Shown here: positions 44,892-55,559 of the stretch, piece after piece | Layout of the letters: each line of letters begins with the position of its first letter | Numbering within the stretch: position 1 is the first letter of the stretch | IMG/VR virus record: IMGVR_UViG_3300012933_000388 | Span: 1 to 64,000 of that record | Reading direction: 5' to 3' (one strand) | DNA length: 64,000 nucleotides | Source of the DNA: a virus | Taxonomy: Duplodnaviria > Heunggongvirae > Uroviricota > Caudoviricetes | Position numbers and translations under genes: made by a program | The notes under the pieces: generated by a model | Databases searched by the model: none | Told to the model about the DNA's origin: nothing | Seen by the model: only the letters and a program-made list of their open reading frames with translations

Positions 44892-45476
44892 ATGAATGGA
44901 TACGAAGCGTACAAGTTATATGTTGCGATGAAGAACCACTTCAATTCGCAATCATATGACTACTTCAAGTACGGTGGCAAGACTCGGGCAAGTTTAGCCG
45001 CGTTTGAGAAACGGAACGATAAGCATTTCTTCAATGTCATTGGACGACATAAGGACTGCCAGAACTATATCCTCGCTAACATTGTTGAAGGTGGTCCCGA
45101 TCTTTGGGTCGGAGACATTGCCAACGAGCAACAAGCAGAGAGTGTGTATCTAAAGTGGAAAGCAAAGAACGAATCATTGACGTATAACTTTACGAATGAC
45201 TTGGATAAGATGCTTCCATCGTATGATGATAATTTGCTGGTGGAGCAGGGCCAGCATCCCCACTTATTGAAATTAGCAATGAGCAAAACAATTAACATTG
45301 AGACGCTCGTTATACTAAACGATATGTGTGGGTTCTTTAAGTATTGGTCTCGAAACATTACGGATCCTGTTGTTTGGCCTCGGTATAAGATGCTCGTCAA
45401 GAAGTACCGACCATTCGTTACATTTGATCAACAAAAAATGAAAAAAATTGTTGTAGATCACTTCAAAACCCAGTAA
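44892..45476 (+). CDS. 59: gp59-like helicase loader
   Basis: YKLYVAMKNHFNSQSYDYFKYGGKTRASLAAFEKRNDKHFFNVI aligns with T4 gp59 YKLYLMIKQHMNGKYDVIKYNWCMRVSDAAYQKRRDKYFFQKL. Confidence 0.75.
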   Translation: MNGYEAYKLYVAMKNHFNSQSYDYFKYGGKTRASLAAFEKRNDKHFFNVIGRHKDCQNYILANIVEGGPDLWVGDIANEQQAESVYLKWKAKNESLTYNFTNDLDKMLPSYDDNLLVEQGQHPHLLKLAMSKTINIETLVILNDMCGFFKYWSRNITDPVVWPRYKMLVKKYRPFVTFDQQKMKKIVVDHFKTQ

Positions 45477-45559
45477 AGTAAGCTAAATAAACATGCAGGT
45501 TGCAAGACTTGCAATACAACGTTTATATTTTTAATACTCCGCATATATAAGGAAATACA

Positions 45560-46486
45560 ATGGCAGATTTTAGCTCCCTCAAGAAAAACAGCAAGTCACA
45601 ATTCGACAAGCTCGTATCAGAAGTTCAGAAACTGAACGCACCAGCCCAAGGCGGCAACTCCCAAGACGAAGACAAGTACTGGAAACCAGAAGTAGATAAA
45701 GCTGGTAACGGCTACGCTATTCTCCGTTTCTTACCAGCACCAGGTGGTGAGGACCTTCCATACGTCCGTATCTTCGACCATGGCTTCCAAGGCCCAGGTG
45801 GATGGTACATCGAGAAGTCTTTGACTACGCTTGGTGAAAAGGATCCAGTATCCGAATACAACAGCCAGTTGTGGAACTCAGGCATCGAAGCAAACAAAGA
45901 ACTCGTGCGTAAGCAAAAGCGTCGTTTGTCTTTCGTCTCTAACGTGTTGGTCGTTAAAGATCCAGCACACCCAGAGAACGAAGGTAAGGTCATGTTGTTC
46001 AAGTATGGCAAGAAGATCTGGGACAAGATCGAACTCGCTATGAACCCAGAGTTCGAAGATGAACAAAAGATCAACCCATTTGATATGTGGGAAGGTGCAA
46101 ACTTCAAACTCAAGATCCGTAAGGTTGAAGGCTATCGTAACTACGATAAGTCAGAGTTCGAAGCAGCAGCTCCTATCAGTCAAGATGATGATGAGTTGGA
46201 AGCAATTTGGAAACAAGAGCACTCACTTGCTGAGTTGGTCGATCCAAAGAACTTCAAGTCTTATGATGAATTGAAGGCCCGTCTCCACAAAGCCTTGGCT
46301 TTGGATGGTCGCACTCAACCACGTACGACGGCAGAGTCTTCAACTGCTCCATGGGACGACGAACCAGCAGCTCCAGCAGCTTCTGCTCCAGCGTTCAAGA
46401 CAGCAGCAGCTCGCCCAGCTCCAGCAGCAACAGTAGATGACGATGATGATTCATTGGACTTCTTCAAGAAGCTCGCAGAAGAGTAA
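45560..46486 (+). CDS. 32: gp32-like single-stranded DNA-binding protein
   Basis: KYWKPEVDKAGNGYAILRFLPAP matches the T4 gp32 N-terminal region (WKLKLDNAGNGQAVIRFLP). Acidic C-terminal tail. Follows gp59 as in T4. Confidence 0.75.
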   Translation: MADFSSLKKNSKSQFDKLVSEVQKLNAPAQGGNSQDEDKYWKPEVDKAGNGYAILRFLPAPGGEDLPYVRIFDHGFQGPGGWYIEKSLTTLGEKDPVSEYNSQLWNSGIEANKELVRKQKRRLSFVSNVLVVKDPAHPENEGKVMLFKYGKKIWDKIELAMNPEFEDEQKINPFDMWEGANFKLKIRKVEGYRNYDKSEFEAAAPISQDDDELEAIWKQEHSLAELVDPKNFKSYDELKARLHKALALDGRTQPRTTAESSTAPWDDEPAAPAASAPAFKTAAARPAPAATVDDDDDSLDFFKKLAEE

Positions 46487-46492
46487 AAAGTA

Positions 46493-46517
46493 AGGCCCCT
46501 TTCGGGGCCTTTTTTAT
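46493..46517. terminator. bidirectional rho-independent terminator
   Basis: AGGCCCC-tttc-GGGGCCT with a T6 run on + and an A-run on -. Separates convergent gp32 and the late - strand operon. Confidence 0.65.
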
Positions 46518-46519
46518 TG

Positions 46520-49015
46520 TCATATGGTTCCACCAGATGTATACCACGTCTGTCTTTGACCGAAGGAGTGCTTCTCCTTATACTGGCTAACTGGCGGCAC
46601 TGATGGTGGCGTACGGTTGCTGTTGCCGCCTGATGGTGCAGCTCCACGATTGCCTCCTCCATCGGATGGTACTGTCATTCCAGCGAAGTTACCTTGTAGT
46701 ATACCTTGCATCATGTTGCCTAGGTCTTGATACTCGCGAATCGAATCTTGTAGCCCAGTAATATTCTTTATTTGTTGATCGTCCAATCCCAGTGCTTTGA
46801 GGTTACCAGTATCAAACCCTGTTGCGCTAGATACAGTCGTAGACATATTTCCACGACCCTGTGCATTACTTGCTCTGTTTTCGAGATCGGCTAAGGTAAT
46901 GCTGCCTTTATTGTCTGAATCGAGTCCCTTATTTGCCTCATACTCCCTCGATCCTTTGCTATACATCACAAAGTCTTTGTTCTTTAGAGCAGCTGGCTTG
47001 AAGATAGACGCGTATATTTGTCCTTTGGTTGCACCATGTGGTAGGCCAACTTTGTCGAAGTATTTGTCTACCCACTTCATCTGGCCAGCACGGGACATCC
47101 CAGCCAATTCAGTAGTCGATGTACCTAACCACTTTGCGGTCTTGTCCATAAACTGTATGAGGCCAGTTGCACTACTATTTGGGTTCTTACGCGACGGATC
47201 GAATGTGCTGTTCTCTGCCTTCATCACACTGAGTAGGTCCGATACGCTGATTCCGTGCTTATCAGCCACTCGCTGAACTTCGGCCATAAATGCCTTATCA
47301 GCAAGCACATCTTTAGGTACAAATGATAGGTCGCCTTGTTGTGTTGTATTAGACGAACCAGCTGGCATGCTATTAGGAGTGATGTTATTATCTCTTCCTG
47401 CTGATGTGTCGTTGCTATTATTGATGTTAGTTGCGGCAACGTTTGGCGTCTTTGTTCTAAATTGGTCAGCAAGCAAGCTTGAGCCTACTCCTATACCCAT
47501 ACTAACACCGAATCCCAAACCACCTGTCAGGCCTGTTGCAGCTAGAGATGCTGCGACACCAGTCGCTGTGATTGCAGCAGCTGCATAATCGCCGTTTTGT
47601 ATGTCTTCATATATGCCAGGCAACGACATTGCTACGTTCAAAGCTCCGAAGATTTTACCTGAGTTCTTAGCAATCATGCCGCCAGCTTCTTTGCCTAGAT
47701 CGCTAGCTTTGCTGATTGCGCCGCCGATTGTGGCTTGAGTCTTGCTCAGCGTGCTTGCTTGTTGCTCAGCTGCTCTCTCCATTGCTAAACGACGAGCTTG
47801 TGCTTGAGCACCTACAGTGCCGTAATCGGACAACTTGACGGCGCTTCCTATTTCTGGAGTAGCGACAGGAGGAGCCTTTTTAAATAAATTAGCAAGCCAT
47901 GGGCTACCAGTAGCAGATCCCGTTGCTTGAGGAATAGCATCAGCCGCGCCGGCGGAAGGCTTTACTTTACCCTTAGAAAGGAAATACATCGCAGCAGCTG
48001 GCAATGCAATTGAACCTGCAGCCGCCAACCCAGGCGACTCTTGTGATGCTGCATAACCACCCAATGCGCCTAGCGATCCAGCTGCAGTCTTACCCATGAA
48101 TCCTGTAAGGCCGAGCATTTTGAGTACCGGGTATTTCTTGGCGAGTAGTGCAAGTCCCCCTACGCCGAGTGCTCCTCCAACTAACGGAGCTGCATCATTT
48201 GCAAAGTCCCGAGGATCAGACTTCCCTGTATATGACCACTCTTTAGTCTTCTTATCCTGCTCGAATCCCAACAACTTACCGATATCGTTTTCAGCGCCAG
48301 TCGCAATCTTTCTACCAATAGCAATGCCGAGAGCTTTCGTGCCCGACCAAACCTGGCTCGCAATGAAGTCGGCAATGTCGCCACCCTTCGCTGCTAGCTT
48401 TTCCTGTAGGTCTTTGCTCAATTCTTCCTTAGCTGGGAGCTTAGCTCCTCTTAGGAAATCATCAACAAATCCTTCGATCTTATCTTTGTTTTGATATGCG
48501 TATCCAGCACCAGCAACAATACCAGCACCCATCAACGCCTTCTTTATAGCACTAGCAATCGCATCGGCATTGGTTGAAGCAGCTGAGGCCTGTTTGTCTT
48601 GGATATCGTTTGTGACAATTACTGATGATCTATTGAACGACGTGTCCTTGATGTTCGCTCCGACCTTCATTGCTTGAAGCTGAGCGATGTTGATCTTTCG
48701 AATGTCGCCGAGGATATTATTCATCGCACGCAATTGAACATTCATTTTATTGAGGCTGTTCTTGCTAGTAGCGGTCATCGTCTTGATGTCTACTACATCC
48801 TTTGCGGTTTTCTTAGCTTCCTTCTCGGTACTCTTGCCTTGTTGTTTCTTATACTCAGCTACGGTCTGTCTAATTAGAGGCCCAACACCAAGCCCGAGCC
48901 CATATATCGATTTACGTGGGTCGAACTGGCTCATTACGCTTTCTTTTGCGTCTTTGGCAGTTGTTGCTACTCGGTTCTTTGCGCCTGTAGCTAATGCATC
49001 TAATAGACTGGCCAT
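46520..49015 (-). CDS. virion-associated protein with Ala/Gly-rich N-terminal half and soluble lytic transglycosylase (SLT) domain
   Basis: 831 aa. SLT signature ENSTFDPSRKNPNSSATGLIQFMDKTAKWLG ... YASIF. Long A/G-rich low-complexity region. Confidence 0.5.
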   Translation of the reverse strand: MASLLDALATGAKNRVATTAKDAKESVMSQFDPRKSIYGLGLGVGPLIRQTVAEYKKQQGKSTEKEAKKTAKDVVDIKTMTATSKNSLNKMNVQLRAMNNILGDIRKINIAQLQAMKVGANIKDTSFNRSSVIVTNDIQDKQASAASTNADAIASAIKKALMGAGIVAGAGYAYQNKDKIEGFVDDFLRGAKLPAKEELSKDLQEKLAAKGGDIADFIASQVWSGTKALGIAIGRKIATGAENDIGKLLGFEQDKKTKEWSYTGKSDPRDFANDAAPLVGGALGVGGLALLAKKYPVLKMLGLTGFMGKTAAGSLGALGGYAASQESPGLAAAGSIALPAAAMYFLSKGKVKPSAGAADAIPQATGSATGSPWLANLFKKAPPVATPEIGSAVKLSDYGTVGAQAQARRLAMERAAEQQASTLSKTQATIGGAISKASDLGKEAGGMIAKNSGKIFGALNVAMSLPGIYEDIQNGDYAAAAITATGVAASLAATGLTGGLGFGVSMGIGVGSSLLADQFRTKTPNVAATNINNSNDTSAGRDNNITPNSMPAGSSNTTQQGDLSFVPKDVLADKAFMAEVQRVADKHGISVSDLLSVMKAENSTFDPSRKNPNSSATGLIQFMDKTAKWLGTSTTELAGMSRAGQMKWVDKYFDKVGLPHGATKGQIYASIFKPAALKNKDFVMYSKGSREYEANKGLDSDNKGSITLADLENRASNAQGRGNMSTTVSSATGFDTGNLKALGLDDQQIKNITGLQDSIREYQDLGNMMQGILQGNFAGMTVPSDGGGNRGAAPSGGNSNRTPPSVPPVSQYKEKHSFGQRQTWYTSGGTI

Positions 49016-49193
49016 TTTTATTTTTGTCTCGCTTGTTGAAGTCTGTCAGCCTCTGTCTCTAGGTAGTCTTTTAATAAGTCAACGTAGATGTCTCTTTCAT
49101 ATGGCATCATGTTCTCTATTTCCGAAATTGAGTAATGATGGTGCTGAGCCAAGTTAAAAAGCAACTGGTAGTAGTTGCTTATCGTGTTGTGGC

Positions 49194-49901
49194 TCAGCCC
49201 AATATAAAAAAATCATTGAGGTTTTGAAGGACCACTTTCTTTTCTACGCCTTCGCTATTTGTATACGATGTCTCGTAGTGTAGCTTTGGCATTGTTTCTA
49301 GGAACTTTTGAACTTCTTTGAATGTCGTTACATCAAGTGCAGTTACAAACTCAGTCAATTCTTCGTCTGTGTAATCTTTTGCTTCGTATACTTCGTTTTC
49401 GTCATATACCTTATCGATGCAATACTTAATTACTTCAAAATACAAATCAACTTCTGTAGTTGCAGCCTCGACTGCCTTGAGCATGTCGGTCTTTGGATAA
49501 CGTAAAACAAGTCCAACCTGATCGTTGATCTTGACATTAGGATTGTGGTCAGGATCGTTGACAATTTCCACCTTATCTAAGTCGATCTGAAGCTTGTAAT
49601 CCAGTTCATCATCAGGGTCACGGTATGTGACATCGATAACGTTGTTAATCGATCTTCCACGCAATTTAATAAACAGATACTCGAGGTCAAATGTGGCTAA
49701 TTTTTCTACATCCACATTGTCGAGCAAACAATTGTTCACGACCTGCTTGATGGCTAACACCACATCGCGTGAGTTGCCTGTAGTTTGTGCAGTCAATAGT
49801 ACCTTTTCCTCTTTAACGAGGAACGGGCGCATTTTGACCTTCGCCTTAGACGAAGGAATTGTCACTTCAAAGATAGGATAATTGATTTTAGGAAGACTCA
49901 T
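49194..49901 (-). CDS. virion structural protein (baseplate/hub-type, unassigned)
   Basis: 235 aa with SD GAGGTG. Lies within the late operon. Confidence 0.35.
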   Translation of the reverse strand: MSLPKINYPIFEVTIPSSKAKVKMRPFLVKEEKVLLTAQTTGNSRDVVLAIKQVVNNCLLDNVDVEKLATFDLEYLFIKLRGRSINNVIDVTYRDPDDELDYKLQIDLDKVEIVNDPDHNPNVKINDQVGLVLRYPKTDMLKAVEAATTEVDLYFEVIKYCIDKVYDENEVYEAKDYTDEELTEFVTALDVTTFKEVQKFLETMPKLHYETSYTNSEGVEKKVVLQNLNDFFILG

Positions 49902-49914
49902 GTTTTCACCTCAG

Positions 49915-50856
49915 TTAATAGTCAAGTCGGGTTGGTAATAATGTTTTCAGCAGTGTCGATCCGGTATTGACGACATTCAATACGTCGTTTACGTTGCGTG
50001 GGCTCTTCACCGCACTGATCGTTTGCAACACAGATGCACCACGCATAATATTGTCGAATAGCGACACATTCTGCGAAGCGAGTGTTTGTTGGTTTGGCTC
50101 ACGTAGTTGCATTTCGAGGCTACCATCGTATGCCCAGTGCGAGTATGTGAATGTAATAGGAATCCGTACAAGGTCGTTAATGTTAGACCAGTCGCGTTGT
50201 ATTTCGCCCAAAGATATTGGGTAGGCGTTGTATAGTTTAATGACGCCTATTTTCTTTTGTATCTCATCGTATGTTACGATGTCGATTGTTGTTTTGTATG
50301 AGTCGCGGTAGCTGAGTTCGAACGGCTTACCATAGAAGGAGTCAACGCCAGCGCCGGCATGTGGCATATTGCCGAACCCGATGATTGAATTCATCCACAC
50401 ATAGAAGAACTGATGGATTACTCCACGAGCATCGCCAATGAACGATATAGACACATCATTGAACCCTGCAGAGAAAGGCTTCTTTTCGAGAGGTCCCACA
50501 CCATGACGTCTAACACTAGAAGTCATTAGCTGCACACCTGGCTGGTTGACACGCTCGGCGCGCAAGGTTACGAGCTTATCTAATATTGCTCCAGCATCTG
50601 GTACGACGGCTTGTCTAGTGTTGATATTATCTGTGAAAATCTTAGGAGCGGAGATGCCGATATATGTCAATGACGGCTTTTCAATGCCCCACTTACGGAT
50701 ACCTGCCCGGACCCCCTCGGACGCTTTTGCAAACGGCTCGGCTTGTCTCTTTTCGCCAGTCGTTTGTCTAAACCCACCGAGTAGACGGTTGGCAGCGCCC
50801 CCTGCCAGGCTGATTGCGCCTAGTATTTGTTGGTTACGTTCGTTTAGGGATGCCAT
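49915..50856 (-). CDS. virion structural protein (unassigned)
   Basis: 313 aa, in the late operon between the gp4-like and hub proteins. Confidence 0.35.
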   Translation of the reverse strand: MASLNERNQQILGAISLAGGAANRLLGGFRQTTGEKRQAEPFAKASEGVRAGIRKWGIEKPSLTYIGISAPKIFTDNINTRQAVVPDAGAILDKLVTLRAERVNQPGVQLMTSSVRRHGVGPLEKKPFSAGFNDVSISFIGDARGVIHQFFYVWMNSIIGFGNMPHAGAGVDSFYGKPFELSYRDSYKTTIDIVTYDEIQKKIGVIKLYNAYPISLGEIQRDWSNINDLVRIPITFTYSHWAYDGSLEMQLREPNQQTLASQNVSLFDNIMRGASVLQTISAVKSPRNVNDVLNVVNTGSTLLKTLLPTRLDY

Positions 50857-51464
50857 TATCTCTTTCTAGTTTTTCGTATGCTGTCTTCATATACTCGTGC
50901 TGAAGATGCCTTCTGGAATCTTTCGAGTGGTAAGAATAACGCTACACTCCACTCGGTTGCTGGAATAGTGACCAAGTTGGAGGCTAACCCCTTATTTAGG
51001 TAGTGCTTCACGCATGGCTCGAAATAACGATTCTTGGAAATGTTCTGAAGTACGCTATACGACAATTGGAGCTTGGTTCTGGCGTTTGTCAATTCGCCGG
51101 ATGCTGCAGTTAACAAAGCATCCATTAGAACGGCTCTCATTTGGTATGGCAAATAATGCATGTTGATTCCCCACATCCCTGTACTATCGGTGTGGAATGG
51201 GAATACTAAAGGAAATTTATCCCAATATGGTAGATCCTTTGCTGTAGTTGCCTCATATTGAAACAACACCATTTGACCTATGATTGAACTTACTGGCCCA
51301 CCTTTTTGTAAGGTGGATGGGGCAGACTTAATCACAGTCTTTGGATTCTTCATTGCATTAGTGGCTGCTTGTTGGACCCACGTTTGCGCTTCAGCTGTTC
51401 TGAGAGGGATAGATCTCGACTGCACGTTTTTCTGAAGAAGGTTTGCGAATATGCCAGTAGCCAT
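50856..51464 (-). CDS. virion protein (position corresponds to T4 gp2/gp3, not verified)
   Basis: 202 aa, coupled to the gp4-like gene. Confidence 0.3.
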   Translation of the reverse strand: MATGIFANLLQKNVQSRSIPLRTAEAQTWVQQAATNAMKNPKTVIKSAPSTLQKGGPVSSIIGQMVLFQYEATTAKDLPYWDKFPLVFPFHTDSTGMWGINMHYLPYQMRAVLMDALLTAASGELTNARTKLQLSYSVLQNISKNRYFEPCVKHYLNKGLASNLVTIPATEWSVALFLPLERFQKASSARVYEDSIRKTRKR

Positions 51465-51907
51465 TATTTAATTCCTAGGTGTTGCTCGGTCAGTATGCGA
51501 AATTGCCACGACTTCTTGTGACAAAACTCGGTAGCCGCCTGCCATTTAGCTGAGTTTACGCCCCATGTCATTACCTCGTTAATATACCTTTTCGTACGTC
51601 GTGTCTGTACAGGAGGAGGTTCTGTCTGCTTCTTTGGCTTGATCTCGACCACGATTATCTCTTCGACGCCGTGTACGTTGCGTTGTCTGATCCAGAAGTC
51701 TGGGAAATATCTATGCACGCGGCCATCGATCGGAGATCTATAAGGAATGCAGAATTCCTCACTCGACCATTCCAATACGTCTGGGTGCGCGTCTAAATAT
51801 GTCATAAACTTTAGTTCCCACGACGACCTGAAAACGATGCCAGACGGATCGCCTTTGTATTTTGTTGGATTTTTGGGACGGTAACTTCCCTTGTAACTTT
51901 TACTCAT
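51464..51907 (-). CDS. 4: gp4-like head completion protein
   Basis: VFRSSWELKFMTYLD...EEFCIPYRSPIDGRVHRYFPDFWI...VVEIKPKKQTEPP aligns with the T4 gp4 family (YRSSWE...IPY.SP.DGK.HRYF.DF). Confidence 0.6.
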   Translation of the reverse strand: MSKSYKGSYRPKNPTKYKGDPSGIVFRSSWELKFMTYLDAHPDVLEWSSEEFCIPYRSPIDGRVHRYFPDFWIRQRNVHGVEEIIVVEIKPKKQTEPPPVQTRRTKRYINEVMTWGVNSAKWQAATEFCHKKSWQFRILTEQHLGIK

Positions 51908-51926
51908 ATAGAATATTTATCTAAGC

Positions 51927-53369
51927 ATGGCAAACAAATATACACAATATGGCGCCGCAGTAGCTGGTGCTGTTGCGATTCCTGCTGCTGTTAGTGGTAT
52001 TAAGGCCGCGTCTACTGCCTGGAATGCGTTTGGCGGCGCACAAAGTCAGATTGCTCAATCAGTTGATGCAGGCGGCACAGCAGCCGATGCGCTCGGAGCT
52101 ATGTCAAGCTCAGCCGTTGATGCTGGAACCTCGGCTATGGGGTCGGCGTTAAGTTCCACACTTAACAATCCTGCGTTCCTTACGTCCATCGGTGTGGGCC
52201 TCGTCGGTCTTGCTCTAGGGTCTGGATCGAAGACTCCTTCTCTCAATCTACCAAATTTGGCAGCTACTGCGGCTGTTGCGCTAAGCGTTAGTTCAATGCT
52301 TAAGCAAGGCAAAGCGGCCGCAGCAGCCAATGAGCGTGCCGCGGCAGCACGCGGTGGCGCTTTAACTTCTCCATCTAACTTCAAGACGGTCGCAGCAAGC
52401 GATCCGAACGTTGCAGTTATGAATGAAAGACAGAAAGGAGTTACACTCCAGATGTCGTTCCCGAAGACGCTCAATTCAGATTATTGGATGCGCTTCTCGG
52501 TCCGTAAATATAGTCGCTCCACGTCTCAGGACAATGCAGCTAGCACGTTATCTGATTTCCACACAATGATAAAGCTACCGTTACCTACCAATTTGGTAGA
52601 CGCGTTGAAGCTTTCATATCAGGAAGTCGGGCTAGGGATGTTTGGGGGGCCTGGTATGCAAGCTGGCGATGCGGCATATGAAGCATTCAAGAATAGCGGG
52701 GGATCTACGGGCGATGCACTGGGTGCCGCAGCACGTGCCGGAGCCGGTAAAATGTCCACTCTGCTAGGTCAGGATGGGGTCAAGGCAGCGTTAGCTCGTA
52801 AAATGCTAACAAATAGTATGCCAGCAGTTGCAACTGCAATGGACATGATCACTGGTAATGCTCCTAACCCACACATGGCTGTGACTTTCAATGGCGTAAA
52901 TTTAAAGAAGCACCAATTCTCATGGCGCCTATCGCCAGATAACTATGCAGAGAGTAGAGAGCTTGAAAATATCATAAGACAGCTACAAGCTGCAGCACTG
53001 CCATGGACTGAGGGGGAGTTTGCATTAATGCTTCAATTCCCTGACGTTGTTATTGTTGAAATGAATCCAAGCAACTTAATACCATTCAAGCCATGTGCAA
53101 TTGACTCGGTTGGTATTAATTATGCCCCTAACGGTGTTCCTTCATTCTTCAGAGCAGATAACCCATCCAATGATGATGGTAAGAGATATCCAACTGAAGT
53201 AGAGCTGACGATTGTGCTACGTGAATTGGATATCCATACTGGTAACATGCCATTCTATGAGGAGGCACGTAAAGGTCAGATGGAGTTCTATGAGGGAGCT
53301 ACGCCAACATCCGCAACTCAAACATCCGAGGCTACACAGGCTCGTGATGATAGCATACAAAGCGCATAA
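51927..53369 (+). CDS. virion structural protein with Ala/Gly-rich N-terminus
   Basis: 480 aa, first gene of the + strand late block. Confidence 0.35.
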   Translation: MANKYTQYGAAVAGAVAIPAAVSGIKAASTAWNAFGGAQSQIAQSVDAGGTAADALGAMSSSAVDAGTSAMGSALSSTLNNPAFLTSIGVGLVGLALGSGSKTPSLNLPNLAATAAVALSVSSMLKQGKAAAAANERAAAARGGALTSPSNFKTVAASDPNVAVMNERQKGVTLQMSFPKTLNSDYWMRFSVRKYSRSTSQDNAASTLSDFHTMIKLPLPTNLVDALKLSYQEVGLGMFGGPGMQAGDAAYEAFKNSGGSTGDALGAAARAGAGKMSTLLGQDGVKAALARKMLTNSMPAVATAMDMITGNAPNPHMAVTFNGVNLKKHQFSWRLSPDNYAESRELENIIRQLQAAALPWTEGEFALMLQFPDVVIVEMNPSNLIPFKPCAIDSVGINYAPNGVPSFFRADNPSNDDGKRYPTEVELTIVLRELDIHTGNMPFYEEARKGQMEFYEGATPTSATQTSEATQARDDSIQSA

Positions 53370-53371
53370 CC

Positions 53372-54235
53372 ATGTCACGTTATTTTGAAAACTTTAATAC
53401 TGCCCAATATAATGGGGAGATTTGTAGAGTGCTTACACATCGCGCAGGTATTACTCGCGATGTTATGAGCCGTGCATCTGTATTTTATCCATACCAAACC
53501 CGTGAGGGCGAGCGTCCTGATACGTTGTCGCATCTATACTACGACGATTCGGCTATGGAATGGTTGGTGTTCTTTGCCAATGGCATTATCGATCCATATT
53601 ATGGGTGGTATCTGACTACAGAACAGTTCAATCAATATATTATCAGTAAATATGGTTCGCTCGTTGAGGCTCAGCTAAAGATTCATCACTACCAAGTCGA
53701 TTGGACAAATGATAGCCGCAGACTTACTATTGCAGCATACAATGCATTAGACAGTGTAGCTCCTATCAACCTCAAGCGCTACTGGGCACCCGTACTGAAC
53801 GATTATGGTAGCGTCGTATTTTACCAGCGCGCTGCAGTGGAACTAATATCTACAACCAACAAAGTTTTGAAGCTTAGCGTTACTAGTACAGCAGGATTCG
53901 AAGTTGGTGAATTGGTTAGCCAGCTTAATGGAGATACAGTATCTGGATATGGCGAGATTGTAGCCATGGATGATATTAGTATCACTATTCAAAATATCAC
54001 CGGGGTGTTCATTGGTGGTACGGCCATTACTGGATTCACTACAGCAACTCAGACCATTCCCACAACGGTGACTCTACTAACAGAGAGCATTCCATCAGTT
54101 GAGCAATCCTACTGGCGTGCAATTTCAATATACGATTATGAGGAACTGCTAAATGAGCAGCGTAAGACTCTACGTATGATTGACAAGCGATATGCAGAGC
54201 AAGCGCAACTCAACCTACAGGCTGTAATGAAGTAA
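53372..54235 (+). CDS. 53: gp53-like baseplate wedge protein
   Basis: GERPDTLSHLYYDDSAMEWLVFFANGIIDPYYGWYLTTEQ aligns with T4 gp53 GSPRPEELANAIYGNPQLYWVLLMCNDNYDPYYGWITSQE. Confidence 0.55.
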   Translation: MSRYFENFNTAQYNGEICRVLTHRAGITRDVMSRASVFYPYQTREGERPDTLSHLYYDDSAMEWLVFFANGIIDPYYGWYLTTEQFNQYIISKYGSLVEAQLKIHHYQVDWTNDSRRLTIAAYNALDSVAPINLKRYWAPVLNDYGSVVFYQRAAVELISTTNKVLKLSVTSTAGFEVGELVSQLNGDTVSGYGEIVAMDDISITIQNITGVFIGGTAITGFTTATQTIPTTVTLLTESIPSVEQSYWRAISIYDYEELLNEQRKTLRMIDKRYAEQAQLNLQAVMK

Positions 54236-54236
54236 T

Positions 54237-55559
54237 ATGGCAGAATCTACACAGAACGTACTCGGCCGAGCAATTATCAAAGAGGCATACATCTATAACA
54301 AGGATGGGGTAACTCTATCAATCACAGACAATCTAGTGTCTGTTGAAATTTATGAAGACATTTACAATCCATTCGTGAGTTGTGAAATGATGCTCGTCGA
54401 TTATGACAGTCTTGCTAAGCAATTCCCATTAGTTGGAGAGGAATTCTTTAGATTCTCCTACAAGAGCATTGAGGGGAAGATTGTTACGTATGAATTTTTC
54501 TTAGGTACTAAAGACACAGCTGCTATGACGGAAACAAACGCCGCCAAAGCATATGTTCTTCGTGGTGTAACTAAGGAGCGTGCATTCGATACTGCTAAAA
54601 CTGTCAGTCGCGCGTTCGTAGGAACATATGCATCTATTGCTGGCCAGATATTTGACGACTTCATTAAGGTCGATAGTGACGGATATGGGTTTGATTTTGA
54701 ACCAAGCCGCGGCGTCACTAGATTTACTGTTCCTCAACTGAGTCCACTGCAAGCAATTGAGTATTGCAAGTCGCGTGCTATAGCTACTGGTGAGGCACGC
54801 ACACCATTCACATTCTTCCGTAGTTCTGAGGGATACTCGTTCACTTCCATTAGTGGTCTGTTTAACAGAAAAGGCTCTGAAGCATCGGCTGGCGTCACTC
54901 ACACATATGCAGCTCGTCAATTGCCGGCTGAATATGATGAGAAGTTATCTAATGGAACGAAGGTTGATATCGTCAAGTTTGATATCGCCTCATTCTATGA
55001 CACTACGGAGAAGATCGATCGTGGATCGTATAATGGCGACTGCTATTCTTTCGATCTCACTACCAAAGCATTCACGCTGAAGCAGAGATACAACCTTGTC
55101 GACCAAGGTAATAAATTCCAATTGGGTGGGCAAGGTTATATCAACCGAGCCGATTTTGCTGGATCGTTTGCAAATACTAGATGTGTTGCTTATTATGTTC
55201 CGACCGATTGTGCTTGGGAGATTAATGGCGATCAAAGTACACAGAAGGATCTATACCCTGACTATGTTGGTGAGATGTCTGCATACTCGAACCTAATATC
55301 GGAGTACAACATTCATTACACAATATATGGCGACTCGAATGTTACTGCTGGCCAGGTAATGAAAATCAACGTGCCACAATCACGTGAGCAAGCAGGCAAG
55401 GGAACAAATCGCGGAACTCAGGATAAGATGTATTCGGGATCTTTCCTATGTGCTCGAACAGTGCATACTTTTAATTTTAATGAAAACGTGGACTACTACG
55501 TACATATTAGCGCAATCAATGGCGCACGTAACCACAGTATTGAGGATCTAAGAACATGA
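54237..55559 (+). CDS. baseplate hub protein (gp27-like by position, tentative)
   Basis: 440 aa, immediately upstream of the gp5-like spike. Confidence 0.3.
   Translation: MAESTQNVLGRAIIKEAYIYNKDGVTLSITDNLVSVEIYEDIYNPFVSCEMMLVDYDSLAKQFPLVGEEFFRFSYKSIEGKIVTYEFFLGTKDTAAMTETNAAKAYVLRGVTKERAFDTAKTVSRAFVGTYASIAGQIFDDFIKVDSDGYGFDFEPSRGVTRFTVPQLSPLQAIEYCKSRAIATGEARTPFTFFRSSEGYSFTSISGLFNRKGSEASAGVTHTYAARQLPAEYDEKLSNGTKVDIVKFDIASFYDTTEKIDRGSYNGDCYSFDLTTKAFTLKQRYNLVDQGNKFQLGGQGYINRADFAGSFANTRCVAYYVPTDCAWEINGDQSTQKDLYPDYVGEMSAYSNLISEYNIHYTIYGDSNVTAGQVMKINVPQSREQAGKGTNRGTQDKMYSGSFLCARTVHTFNFNENVDYYVHISAINGARNHSIEDLRT

Noticed and set aside
46797-49157. + strand ORFs inside the 831-aa SLT gene and other antisense ORFs in structural genes (47367-47588, 48096-48494, 48750-49157, 52055-52474, 54458-54920 and others).
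   Set aside because: They are antisense to long late genes with clear homology or operon context. Treated as frame shadows.
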